From Eledone cirrhosa (taxonomy: Eukaryota): 64,000 nt of DNA. Made by a program: the position numbers and the translations under genes. Shown one piece after another: positions 13,693 to 26,980 of this stretch (position 1 is its first letter; each line of letters begins with the position of its first letter). Location: contig OZ024746.1 of NCBI GenBank assembly GCA_964016885.1, positions 9,052,001 to 9,116,000 of the forward strand, in the 5' to 3' direction. The notes beneath the pieces are model-generated. The model searched no databases. It saw only the letters and a program-made list of their open reading frames with translations, and was not told where the DNA came from.

Positions 13693-14338
13693 CGTTTCTG
13701 AATTTGTTTAGCAAGATTCTTTATCTGAAAACGTGTGTTGAAACCGATATTGTTATGCTTTGGTAGGGTCATGTTGCCAATAAGAAACACGCACCAGTTG
13801 CTTTCACTTCAATTTATTATAAATTAACTTTATAAATTTAGGAATTTATAAATTTCCGGTTGGTTGGTTGGTTCCACAACCATACGATTGTTCATATATG
13901 GTCAAAGTTCTTACGTCACACATTCTGTGACCTCTTCAGTGACTGGGGATTCTTTTCTTTGTTTTTGTGCCTCTCCTTTGTTCGGTCCTACGCTATCTTT
14001 TTTTTGTGTGTGTTGTGTGCTTAGTTTGCGCATGTGTTACATCCGGTTGTCTGTGTGTGTTTATATTTGTTTATTTATTTGTTTATTTATATGTTACTGG
14101 TTGGTTGTTTGTTCTATGTGTGTGTGTTTTCATTTTGTCCTTAATTGTAAGTTGTGATGTTGCTATTCCATTCATGTTTTCTATTTAAATTTGGTTGGAG
14201 TTCATTTATGTTTATTGCCTCTGTGATTTGTCTAAACATTGCGTCATATCTGTGTGTAGATTCTATTTTTATTTCTATGTTCTCTAATTTACCCTTATGT
14301 TCTATTTTAGCATGTTGGTGGAGTACAGCAACACACAT
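13693..14338 (-). mobile_element. Penelope-like element 3' fragment (GIY-YIG C-terminus plus 3' region ending at (TA)n)
   Basis: ORF 14141-14338(-) VLHQHAKIEH...FRQITEAININELQPNLNRKHE fits the H-x4-H...R-x-I-x-EA-x2-I...P-x-LNR pattern of Penelope GIY-YIG C-termini; CTGAAGA core near 13933-13939. Confidence 0.7.
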
Positions 14339-14339
14339 T

Positions 14340-16321
14340 CGATGCTATCGCCCTGCTAGAATAAAAAAAAAAATAACCTCCAACAATGCATGATGACCAT
14401 CATCAATAACCAGAGTACAGTTGAAGAGAAGTGGGCCATTGAGAAAATCAAACTCAACCCCAAAGTGTTCTTTTCATTTGCTAAAAAACACAAGGTCACC
14501 GTCTCCACTGTTGGCTCTCTAGTTGATCAAAATGGCACACTCCAAGATAATGCCAAAACCATGGGCGAGATACTGCAGAAACATTACTGCTCTGTTTTCA
14601 GCAATCCTGATATGGCCGATCTGGGATGTATCAGTGATATTAACCCCCAACACACTATATCAGACATAACGTTTGGCGCCCCTGATGTCTTAGCGGCAAT
14701 AAACGAAATTAAACACAATTCAGCAGTGGGCCCCGGCAGGTTCCCTGCTTGTGTGCTGAAGGTGTGTCGACACGAACTTGCATCTCCTCTCGCTAATCTG
14801 TGGAGGAACTCACTGGATACTGGCTATATTCCTGAAAACCTTCTGTCCCAGTCCGTTGTCGCAGTCTTCAAAAAGGGAAATAAGTCCCTTGCAGTGAACT
14901 ACGGTCCAATCTCACTCACCTCTCATATTATCAAGGTATATGAGAGGGTGGTGAGATCACGAATAACCCACTTTCTTGAAAGCAACGGCCTGCTGAACTC
15001 CAACGAACATGGGTCCCGTAATGGAAGGGACTGCGTAACGCAGCTCTTGCACAACTTTGACGATGTTTTGAGAGCTTTGGGAGAGGGCTCCAACACTGAT
15101 GCCATCTACCTTGATTTCACAAGGCCTTTGACAGGGTTGATCATAAGATTCTACTGAAAAAACTATCCAATATTGGTGTCTCTGGAAAGTTACTACAGCG
15201 GATCAAATGTTTCCTGACAGGCAGAACCCAACATGTTGTAGTCGAAGGAGTAAAATCAAGCCCTGCCAAAGTCAGCAGTGGCGTCGCACAAGGCACTGTG
15301 TTGGGCCCACTTCTTTTCATCATCTACATTAATGACATTACTGACATCATCAAGCACAGCAACATCAGAATCTTCGCAGATGATTCCAAGCGCCAAAGGG
15401 TCATCAATGAGGTGGGTGACCGGACTTGCCTTCAGTCAGACCTACTGGCTGTTATCCAATGGGCAGAAATGAATAATTTGCTGTTGAATGAAGATAAATT
15501 TGAATTAATCCACTTTGGAAAAAGGATGCCCTGAAACTACCATACTCTCTTCCTTCGCGTGAAACTCTAGTGGCATCCAATAACATCAGAGACCTGGGAG
15601 TAATTGTGGACAACAATATAAGCTGGGTCACTCATATAAACAGCAAAGCTGATATGGCCCGAAGAATGTGTTGCTGGATTCTCAGAACTTTCCAGTCGAG
15701 AGATATCCACACTGTTATCCTTCTCTTCTCCACTTTTGCCCGACCCCACCTTGAATACTGTTGTCCACTGTGGTCTCCCCACACGAAACAAAATATCATG
15801 AAAGTTGAAGTACCCCAAAGATCGATTACAAAAAAGATAGATGGCATGACAGGCCTTGACTATTGGAGTCGATTAGAACAGCTCAACCTTTATTTCTCCA
15901 ACGTCGCCATGAGCGCTACATTATCTGCATGATGTGGAAAATATTCCATCAGCTTAGCCCAAATTATGTTGGCATCACCTTTAGTGTACACCCAAGGCTT
16001 GGGCCCCGTGCTATCCGCCCACGACAAAAATCTCACTCGCATTTCATAACAACAATACGGCACAATTATTTCACCTCAATTGGCCCTACTCTCTTTAAAG
16101 CAGAAACAAACCCCATCAAGTTCAAGAAGTCTTTGGAAAAATTCATTCAAGAAATCCCGGATAAGCCCCCTACACCCGGATATGCCTCCGTAAACAATAA
16201 CTCTCTGCTCGAGTGGGCCATGGTGCCAAAACCCTGATTTGTAAAGACTCCGCCAGGTGGTGCTATTAAGTTAGACATGGCCTGGGCCAATACTGGGCGA
16301 AACCTATCAAAGTTATCAAAG

Positions 16322-16323
<2 letters not shown>
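14340..16323 (+). mobile_element. 5'-truncated, frameshifted CR1-group LINE (reverse transcriptase ORF2 remnant)
   Basis: Consecutive ORFs give NPKVFFSF, NYGPISLTS, AIYLDF, LGPLLFIIYINDI, IFADD, RDLGVIVD, RPHLEYCCPLWSP and PDKPPTPGY...NSL; tail (TATCAAAGT)n. Confidence 0.9.
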
Positions 16324-16560
<237 letters not shown>

Positions 16561-16574
16561 ATATATATAACATT

Positions 16575-16757
16575 GGGATTGGTAGTATCGGTAGAGGGTC
16601 GGACGCCATGCTTTCCACCACAGTTACGTCCCTTTACGATCTGAGTTCAAATCCCGCCGAGGTTGACTTTGCCTTTCATCCTACGGGGTCGATAAAATAA
16701 AGTACCAGTAATGCACTGGGTAATTGCTGGCCTTGCGCCTAAAGTAGAAACAATTAT
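16575..16757 (+). mobile_element. SINE family A
   Basis: Family consensus match. Confidence 0.9.
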
Positions 16758-16773
16758 ATATATAACTTTGATA

Positions 16774-16814
<41 letters not shown>

Positions 16815-17599
16815 GTCTGTTGTCGATGGACGTACGAATGCGTACTCAATACCGAAGTAGAGTACATGGCTAACTGATGATTTAGGTTACTCCAGACTTT
16901 CACCTGTGTATTCAGAAAATTATCGCAGAAGGCTCGGTCTTGTGTGATGATTCCGTGAGAACAGGTGAAACTGCAGCGTTACAAGACACATCACTTAGCC
17001 ATAATATGTAATATATAATCGATGCTACTGCTTGATAGCAGCGACAGAAGTGTATATAAGATAATAATGACATGAGTAGAAGAAGATAATTGTTGGTAAA
17101 GGAAAATCGAAAGAAAATCTATATATTTGTTATTGATTAAGATTGTGTGAATGCCATATAAAATGATTATATCATCGTTTGACTAGTCAGTGGTAGAACT
17201 CTGAAATGTAAATAGTCACTTCAACAACATACAAGTACGCTACGACTTTCCAGAAAAGACTATTAAATATACAGACGTTTGAATTCTTTAGCGAATTCCT
17301 GCTCGTTTCCTTCCTATCGAGGATTTGCATGTTTACTTCATTTATATATTTATTTCGTATCTATTGAAATATTTTTATTAGAATCTATCGTTCATGAATT
17401 AGAAAGGAAAGAACACTATCTGTTCGAAGATGGAATCCTCAGACATGAAACTTAACACACCTCTATATAACAATAATATTTAAGTGGAATAAGAGTGATT
17501 TAATTTCCTTCTTCACGATAACATCAAAATCCTTCATTTATCATGACAATTCTTTGGCCTTATATATATATAAATAAATAAGTATATATATATATATAT

Positions 17600-17679
<80 letters not shown>

Positions 17680-18231
17680 CTATTGATTTTGATTGTGTGA
17701 ATGACATATAAAATAATATCGTCGTTAGACTAGTCTGAGCTATAATTTATCGATTTATCGATTTATCGTTCTTTTCTTGGGAAAGAACACGTGACACCGC
17801 TGATCAAACCTATATAGGAAGTCTTATAGTATACAGTTACATAACTTCTATTGATCAGTCAATATGTCAATATGATCAACTCTCCGAAACGATCGTAAAA
17901 CAATGATATGAATAGATAAAATAACTTGACTTTGTTGTTATTATTTTCATTGTTAAATTAATATCTAATATCTGACTCTGTATATAAGGAATTAACTCAG
18001 CGGAACACGGAACATCTCTATGAATTTCATTGGATTACTCGCTATCAGATTACATTGAATTCTATCTACGGTACGGACCCTCCCACGAAGGGTAGACCAC
18101 ATTGAAAAGTATATATATATATAATTTTTTGTTTTTTGAATATCAATAACAATATTCCATCAAGCCTCATTTTTAAAGCCATGTCAGTAGAATGAGCCCC
18201 TCATTCTTGCTCTTGTGCTGGCATGTAAACA

Positions 18232-18280
18232 GAACTACAGACGCTAATGTTTCTGGGTATACCCTTCATCAGTACAGTTC
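18232..18280 (-). ncRNA. Minimal type I hammerhead ribozyme (GUC site)
   Basis: GAACTGTA-CTGATGA-aGGG tata CCCa-GAAA-C attagc G-TC-TGTAGTTC; 8-bp stem I with two G-U pairs. Confidence 0.7.
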
Positions 18281-18343
18281 ACTCTTCACCTGCCAACTGT
18301 CAGAGCTAGTGAACATTTATGAATATTTCTAAAATATACAGTG

Positions 18344-18640
18344 ACTGATCGACCTGATTTGCATCTTAGCAGACTGGCTGATCAGTCAGATTTGCATATT
18401 AGCAGATCCACTGATCAGCCAGATTTGCATATCAGTAGACTGGCTGATCAGTCAGATATGCATATTAGCAGATCCACTGATCAGCCAGATTTGCATATTA
18501 GCAGACTGGCTGATCAGTCAGATATGCATATTAGCAGATCCACTGATCAGCCAGATTTGCATATCAGCAGACTGGCTGATCAGTCAGATCTGCATATCAG
18601 CAGATCCACTGATCAGCCAGATTTGCATATCAGCAGACTG
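18344..18640. repeat. 33-bp minisatellite with an alternating 66-bp higher-order unit (~9 units)
   Basis: CTGATCAGCCAGATTTGCATATCAGCAGACTGG alternating with CTGATCAGTCAGATATGCATATTAGCAGATCCA. Confidence 0.9.
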
Positions 18641-19079
18641 ACCAGTCATTGTCCTATATACGAGTGATTTCGGCCGGCTTTGCCACATTCAAATAAAAAA
18701 GAAATTTTCGCTCTACATGGCTGAATACAATAAATGTAATCTGAGTTTTTCGAATATTAATAATAATATTCGATTCGTTTGCAATTATGCAAACAAGTCT
18801 CAATTTTAAAGCCATGTCAGTAGAATGAACCCTTCATTCTTTCTCTTGTGTTGGCATGGAAACAGAACGGCAGACACTAATGTTTCTGGGTTATTACCCT
18901 TCATGTCTCCTGTTCTGTTTATATGCCAACACAAGAGCAAGAATGGCCGTGCCATTCTACTGACATCGCTTCAAGTGGATGTCTGCATAATTGCAAACCA
19001 ATCGAATATTATTATTAATATTCGAGAGCCTCAGATTACATTTATTTTATACAACCATGAAGAGCGATAAAACTATTTG

Positions 19080-19139
<60 letters not shown>

Positions 19140-19736
19140 AATATATATGCATGTGTTTTATGATTCCATTTTTGTCTACAGATATATATTGCCTGTCGTA
19201 ATTAATGTTCAGCCTCATACATATCTTCTTCAATCGATGATTTCTTTCGTCGAAGTAGAAGGTTATTATAAATTGACACCGTAATATTATTGTGATTATT
19301 TCATTGAATCTGAGGTTAGGAAGAAAATAAGAATATGTCGACAACAGCTGTGGATTTTCTGTTGTTTATGAATTATATTATACTGTAGTTTAGCAATATA
19401 ACAAGGTAAGAAGCCAACGTTATGCAGGCTAGAATATTTTTCTTCTTTTAATACGGGACTAACTTTCTTTGAATTTGTCTTAGAAATGAATAGCACCAAT
19501 CTTCTTTCTGGTTAACTTTTCGAATAAAATAGTTTTAGAAAGAGATTTACGACTAACCGTGTATCACTTTCATTTATCTGATAACATACTATGACCAGCG
19601 GATCTTATTTGTATGAACATAACGTTAAGTATATGTATGTATATGTATATGTATTTATATATGTACGTATGTACGCATGTATGTATATACGTACGTATGT
19701 ATGTATGTATGTATGTATGTATGTATGTATGTGATT

Positions 19737-20175
19737 CATCTCTCCCGGTGATTTTGGCCATCCAAAATTACCGGGAGAGATGACCTCTTAGCCCTTGTCA
19801 AGGCAGAATTCTAGGAGAAGGAAAACTCTGATATAACACCTGCAACCCTGATGGTATCCAATGATGTTGACTTGTTCTTCTTTTTGGTAAATATCATCTT
19901 GGTTAAGAGAGTGGGACTGGCTTTGTGCAGTGCCTTTGCTCACTATAAAAGCTTCACGGCACAGGCATTGCTTTATATCTGGAGATCTCTCTGCACTTGT
20001 CGTTATATGGGCCCAGCACTATGTGTCAATAATTGTCACAAGAGCAGTGTTTGTACCAGAGTTTTCAAGTCGCTGGTTGGTCTAAAAAGTCACACTGGTT
20101 CAGCGCATCGGTAGGGGTTCTCCTACATGGATATAAAGTAGTAGCCGTACTCGAAAACGAGTTGGCAGCCACCAT
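19737..20175 (+). mobile_element. Family D, 5'-truncated with a fold-back 5' end
   Basis: Near-identical to 58260-58685; begins with the hairpin TCATCTCTCCCGGTGATTTTGG-ccat-CCAAAATTACCGGGAGAGATGA. Confidence 0.9.
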
Positions 20176-20348
20176 GTACTTACGTATGTATGTATGTATG
20201 TATGTATGTATGTATGTATGTATGTATGTATGTATGTATGTATGTATGTATGTATGTATGTATGTATGTATCTATGTATTATCTATGTATTATGTATGTA
20301 TATATGTATGTATGAATGTGTGTATGTATTATGTATGGATGCATTATG

Positions 20349-20469
<121 letters not shown>

Positions 20470-20649
20470 ATATATATATTATGTGCGTATGTACGTATGT
20501 ATATATGTTGGTGTGTATATTTGTGTGTATGTATGAATGTGTGTATGCATGTATGTATGTAGTATTCGACGCAGACCGTCTGATGGTGAAATACTTTCTC
20601 GGGGAGCGATACTTCGTGAAGATATCTTCATTATAGATGTCAAACACAT

Positions 20650-21470
20650 CAATGAGAACTACAGAGTAATAGATAAATGTAGGAGCAGATAGATCCCTCG
20701 GCTTAACACCATTTTAAGCCAATATTTGCCCAAGGTTTCATGTCGTTATTAAAGTATTTGATTCTGTTAACAAAATAATTTGGATATCCTAACATGAAAC
20801 GGATCCTCCTCAGATAACTTCTGTTAAGTTTATTAGAGGCTTTTGTTAAGTTCACTAAAACATGATACAGGATCTATTGTTGTCCATATCACTTTTCTTG
20901 TGCTGTAAAAGATACATTGTGACCCTCGTGTGATTAAATTTGACATATAATAATTTAGTCCAGAAAGCATGAGAGATACGAGAGATTTCTCTTGCAGGGT
21001 TTTGCTATTGAATAAAGGAATCATCTTTGCATCTTTCTAATGATCGGGTACTTCATCCTCTTGCTATAACTCCAGAATTAGATTATGCGTGATTTCTGCT
21101 CCTGTCGGGAAACTAGGTGATTATTGTTATGACATTATCCCTTTTATTCTTGGTGTTTGTACTTGAGATATTCAGTTTGAACTTAGCTCCTCGATCCAAC
21201 AGAAGTAGAACGTCTATATTAGCTTTCCCAACTTCATACATTCCAGGACACGTCTCTCAATATTTACCGACACGAGGATTAAAATCTCCCAGAAGAATTA
21301 CATTATTACCATGCAGATAAATTTGAATTCCCATTATTGCTTAGTGATTCATAAAATTCTGTATTTCTTCCTTCATCGCTGCTAAGTGTTGGATCATATG
21401 CACTAATAATAGTGACATGACTGCTTCACGAAGAAGCTCTGTTAGTTTGTGTACTAATCTTGTGTTGATA
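20650..21470 (-). pseudogene. Highly degraded RTE LINE (AP endonuclease and RT remnants)
   Basis: Manual minus-strand translation gives VTIISAYDPTLSS, VILLGDFNPRVG, GSQCIF and LGYPNYFVNRIKYFNNDM. Confidence 0.65.
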
Positions 21471-24122
21471 TATTATTGTACAACGCGCAAGAATTAGCAG
21501 CTGAATTCTTCCCCAAAATATTATCTATCATTGTCTTAACAAGACAAATTATATTAAACAATTTTAGTCCCTAATTCAGTTACAATAGTATTATTGTATT
21601 AGAGTAACTCGAGTTATGCCTATAAAAATGACCTGAACGCCATATATTTTCGCTTTGTCTCCTTTGTATATAATACGATATCATAAAGATATTGATATCA
21701 TTAATCAAATTGAAGGCTTACATTTAATTCTCTCATGAAGTTTAACATAAAGCCTTATGTTTGATATGCAATGCCCACTTTCATTTTTTTTAGATTAAAA
21801 GATAATTCGCTATATAATACGGTTGCTGTCCAAAAGGTACTTCTAATCAAAGAGAAAATCGTTTTTGATAAGAAATGTATAAAGTTTGTTTGATGTAAGT
21901 ACTAAACCAGTAAAACCAGTAAAGCAAAGCAACCTTCACAAGTATGTGGTTTATTATTACAATTTATTACAAATGTATATTCTAATATGTATATTCTCCC
22001 TTATCAGATACAATCAGATACACGCAGAATTAAAAGGAACATTAAAATCGTACCTCTTAGCCTTTCTAAAGCCACAAGGAAAATTGATAAATATACATAT
22101 GCCCCCTCACTTTACTTTTTTATCATCGACAACCAAAAATAGTCTTTTGATCGCAAACCAATTCTGCATGTAACTAAATAAGTCAGTTGTACATGTTTTA
22201 TTTTATTTTTATAATGTGAAACTTTTTTGTGAATACCATTAGTCTTGTGATGTTTCAGGGACTATATTCTATCAGAGAACAAAATATAATGACTAACAAT
22301 TATTTTAACTTATAATTTTTCTACATTGAAACATGTAGTATTAAAGAGTTGCATAAAGTATTTACAGTTGTATTTGTATCATAAATCTTTTCTCTGTCCC
22401 TTTCTATATCTTAAGCAACTAGAGAAAGCATACCGTACTCCAAATATTTCAAGAAATATTATGTACCAAAACAATGAAAGAAGAAAGAATACCAAATATA
22501 CCTTCTGTAATTATGTATGTTATACGAAATAGTTCCGACAATATTTCCTTTCTTTAGAATACAATATGAAGTGCACCTGTTTACCATCACTCATGCTATT
22601 AATGTCTATTTGTTTTCCTTTATTCATCTTTTCTGTTTTAGATTATTTCCAATGCTGTTACGAAAACGACGCAATCGTCTGTTACTCTCGTTCCATGGAA
22701 GACAGACATTCTTTTCAACTACCCTTGGCCAATTTGTAAATTACGAATTCCTTCTTAGCATTGAGAGAGAACGAATCGTGTAAGAAGAAACACAGACTCC
22801 TCCGTTATAATAGTCGTTGTGTTAAAGAAAGAACAAAATCATATTTAAAATCAATCTATCACGCAACAAAGATTTACATACCTTTGGGATTACGAAAATA
22901 TTTCCTCGTGATTTATAAACACCCCTTCAATGTTCAATGTATTTTAGTGGACAAAAGAAAATAACAATGTGTTTTTAATGTTTTTCTCATTCTAATTTCA
23001 TAGTCTCATGTTCAGCTGGCGTGTTAAAACGTTTGTGTTTTCAATTTTGATGTGAGCTGACAAGCATATTTGAAAATTCATCTCCAGTAGTAATTAATTG
23101 AGTAATCCAGTCTAAACATTACTCACATTCTACATTCTTCAAAGTAATCAGAAAGCCAATATTGAAATGATTACGAAATATGTTTAAAATAAATTTTAAC
23201 GATAAATAAAATACGTATGGATTTCGTATTGATAATTGATCGGATGATATCAACGCATTGTGTATTACTAATATATCTAAATTGAGAATTTCTTCAGGTA
23301 TATGTAGTTAAGAATGAAAAAGTTTTCGGATGAAATCACTAATTAAAAATCTATTTAATATTTATTTAGATAAGAAAATATATTTAGGATTAGGGTAAAC
23401 GGATGATAATACACAATTTTCTATTGAAAATGTAAATCAATATTAATTTCAAAATGTTTATTTATAATTCATAGTTATTATCTTTATAAAAATGATATTA
23501 TATTAAAATGAATTGCTAGGGAAATGACTTTTAAAATGAAAGACAAATTATTCCAAGTGTCCTAAATTGAGACTTCCGGCTCCAGTATTTAACTTGAAAT
23601 AGATAGATGTTAGAATGTATATTAACAAAACCACTTGAGAGAAATAGGAGAGACGTGTAATGAAGAATAAATAATAGTAAAGAAGCATATACGCATAACG
23701 TTTATACAAATAACCTGTGATTACTTATGAAAAACCCCCAGGAAAATACAAAACATGGATAAATAGGAGTACAGTGGAAGCGAAACCGGTGCTAATCATT
23801 ATTAATTAATACACAGTTTCGATTACTATGCTTGATGAATACATACAAGTGAGCTTTCGTAGAGCGGGCCTGTGATTAAAGAATCTTCTGTCATAGCAAT
23901 ACTATATTTGTTATATTCAGAATTACCTTGCACAAAGAATGTATCTTTATTTACGACGGTGGATGATATTACTTGGATATTTAGCGAGTTGAATGTTGGT
24001 AAGGTTAAACTGGTGTTATACTATTTGTTTAAAGCAAGGGATGTAATAGAAATATTTCTTAAATATCATTTCCGTTTTGTTTCCAGGAGCACGTTTACTT
24101 TATGAGGTACTTTCATACGAAG

Positions 24123-24176
<54 letters not shown>

Positions 24177-24197
24177 TCTATGCATATACATATAATA

Positions 24198-24283
<86 letters not shown>

Positions 24284-24289
24284 CATATG

Positions 24290-24336
<47 letters not shown>

Positions 24337-24846
24337 TTATATACACATACATATGTATATATATGTATGCATATATACATATGCATATTCATACCTATAT
24401 ACATATATGCATATATATATATGCGTGTGCGTGTATGTGTATAAATATTTACGAACCGCGAGGAATTGCACTTTAATAAACCTCCAGCATAAAGTTTATA
24501 TAACATCTAATATGGTTTTTGAAGTATGCTTGTGTCTTACATTTTCTACATACAATAGATTTATGAAGGATAGTCACACTGAAAATGACTTAACATCAAA
24601 GATATTCGCACTATGTGCAGGAAATTAACAGTGGATTCAATCAGAATACTGAGGGATTCAACAGCTTAATAGAGTTGCCAAATAATTTAGATGTGTTTCG
24701 ATGGAAGAGCCAAGTATATCTCAAAGGAGCTAATGATAAAACGTCTAATCTAATTCGCTAATACGCAAAGGCAGAGAAACCTAAACATACTGTTAATTAT
24801 AAGGAAGGTTTATCACATCTCTCTTCCGCACACTTTTATATATATA

Positions 24847-24945
24847 CAGGGTGTCCCAAAACAATGTATGCACAGAGGCTGTGTATTCTAATAAATATTG
24901 CCTGTAAAATTAATCAAAATGTGTACACATTTTTTTGACACCCTG
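24847..24945. mobile_element. Tc1/mariner-type MITE (99 bp)
   Basis: TA|CAGGGTGTC...GACACCCTG|TA; imperfect ~25-bp TIRs and TA flanks. Confidence 0.7.
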
Positions 24946-25002
<57 letters not shown>

Positions 25003-25354
25003 GTGTGTGTGTGAGAGAGTGAGAGAGAGTGTGTGTGGTGGTGGTGGTGGTGGTGGTGGGGGAAGACTGTATATGTATGAGAGTGTGTGTGGTGGGGGAA
25101 GGTTGTATATGTGTGCATTCAAGCAAATGTGTGTAGATGTTGTCGATAGTGAGACGCTTAAATATAGTTGGAACTTAGATTAATCTTTTAAAAATATGAT
25201 GTTTGGTCTCCAGTGCCGACCTACCTTTAGACAGATTTACTTATATACTCACGCATACGCACATGTATACATACACAAACACAACCCCCCCCCCCCACAC
25301 ACACACACATACACACACACACACAAACACGCACACACACACACATATATATAT

Positions 25355-25394
<40 letters not shown>

Positions 25395-25899
25395 TGGTAT
25401 GTATATGGTCGTGGGCGTGTGTGGGTGTGTGTGCAGAGAGAGTGTGTGTGTATATGTATATGGGTGTGTATATGTACATGTGTGTGTGTACATATGTGTA
25501 TGCGTATGTATGTATGTGTGCGCGCGTGTGTGTATGTGTGTGTGTATGTGTGGGTATATATGTGTGTGTGAGCGGACTTGTGAAATACCAAACCCAGCAT
25601 GAGTCCATTGAAGTGTGTCGGACGGAGAGTAGCTGATGGCCAGTATGGCAGCAAATATTGACCAGAATTTATGATGACGTAGAAAAACGACAGCCAATAG
25701 CAAGACAAGAGAGGAAGATGTTTTTTGAAGCTAACACCCCAGTGAGAAAATTTGTTCCGAAAGTATTGCATGTGTCCGAAGAACCTGCAGGTCTAGAATC
25801 AGACAGATCCATACAGTGATCGTGTCTCGAGCTATCTGCCGGCGAAACAATTGTAATACACAATAAACTGAGTCCAGATGCATCACTGATTTTTCGTTT

Positions 25900-25950
<51 letters not shown>

Positions 25951-25965
25951 TATATATACATATAT

Positions 25966-26073
25966 AATCTGAGCTTTTCGAATATTAATAATAATATTCG
26001 ATTCGTTTGCAATTATTCGAACAAGCCTCATTTTTAAAGCCATGTCAGTAGAATGAACGCCTTATTCTTGCTC
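25966..26073. mobile_element. Fragment of the 18.1-19.0 kb Penelope-like repeat
   Basis: ATCTGAGCTTTTCGAATATTAATAATAATATTCGATTCG...GCCATGTCAGTAGAATG shared; abuts (TA)n. Confidence 0.75.
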
Positions 26074-26539
26074 CCTCTCTCTCTCTCTTGCTCCATTGAG
26101 TGCTTTATGATTGCCTCAAACAACTCGATTAGTACCTGTTATATGGCAGCTACAGCTTCGATTCATATCCAATATTATTACAATCGATAATATGTTAGTT
26201 ACTTTTGTTTACAAAAGCAAGTCGAGAGCTTTTGTTTGAAGGAAATGTCACGTGGCGACACAGGGAGAATTATTACTATGGTTTAATGCCTATGCCAACA
26301 GGTCGTAGAAGAAAACACCGAAGACAGGAACTCCAGTTCCATCATGGAGATAGACCCTGGATTTTCATATGCATTATGCAACTTGTGTTGTAACCCCCAG
26401 GTGTCTCAGAAACCTTTTGAAGATTTTTATCGATTTCTTTCGATTCTAATATATTGAGAACAAATAACTCTGGATGGCATGTATTCTTTTTGGCATGACA
26501 ACAGTTATATCAAATATTAACCTCTAATATAGTGAGCTC

Positions 26540-26790
26540 AGTGGAGACTGAGGTTAGTTGAACATGCTCACCGACATCCAGAGTTGACATTGCACTCAGT
26601 GCTCCTGTGGGAGCCCCTACATGGACACACTGGAAGAGGAAGACCAAGGTTAACGTATGTTGATGCCCTAAGGACAGACACTGGTCTATTGGAGACGCAG
26701 GACATGGCAGCGATAATGAGGGACAGAGACCGCTGGAGAGAACTCGTTCATGGATCTCGGGAATTTTACCCGCCCTAGAATAGAATAGAA
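26540..26790 (+). mobile_element. RTE-clade LINE 3' fragment
   Basis: Encodes RLRLVEHAHRHPE...LLWEP...GRGRPRLTYVD...DRDRWR; (TAGAA)n tail; candidate TSD ATAGTGAGCTC at 26529-26539 and 26790-26800. Confidence 0.85.
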
Positions 26791-26936
26791 TAGTGAGCTC
26801 TAGTTGCTGAAGATATGAGAAACCAATGGTGTTTATGGGAACATTCCACGAAAAGCTACTGAAAAAGTAAAAGCTGACACGATATATACATAAAACATAT
26901 CCGTTTATATGCACACACTCGCACACATTGGCGTGG

Positions 26937-26980
<44 letters not shown>

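Larger units (their letters stand above)
18140..19067. mobile_element. Composite Penelope-like remnant: direct plus inverted repeats with an internal minisatellite
   Basis: 18160-18265 repeats directly at ~18795-18905; 18708-19067 is an imperfect palindrome; a related fragment lies at 25966-26073; bounded by (TA)n. Confidence 0.65.

Noticed and set aside
18341-18667. 108-aa repeat protein or CRISPR-like array
   Set aside because: A 33-bp tandem repeat keeps the frame open trivially; there are no unique spacers or cas genes, and the context is eukaryotic
22434-22507. Hydrophobic signal-peptide-like minus-strand exon (KVYLVFFLLSLFWYIIFLEIFGV)
   Set aside because: Splice phase is incompatible with the upstream candidate exons, and T-rich DNA gives hydrophobic translations by chance
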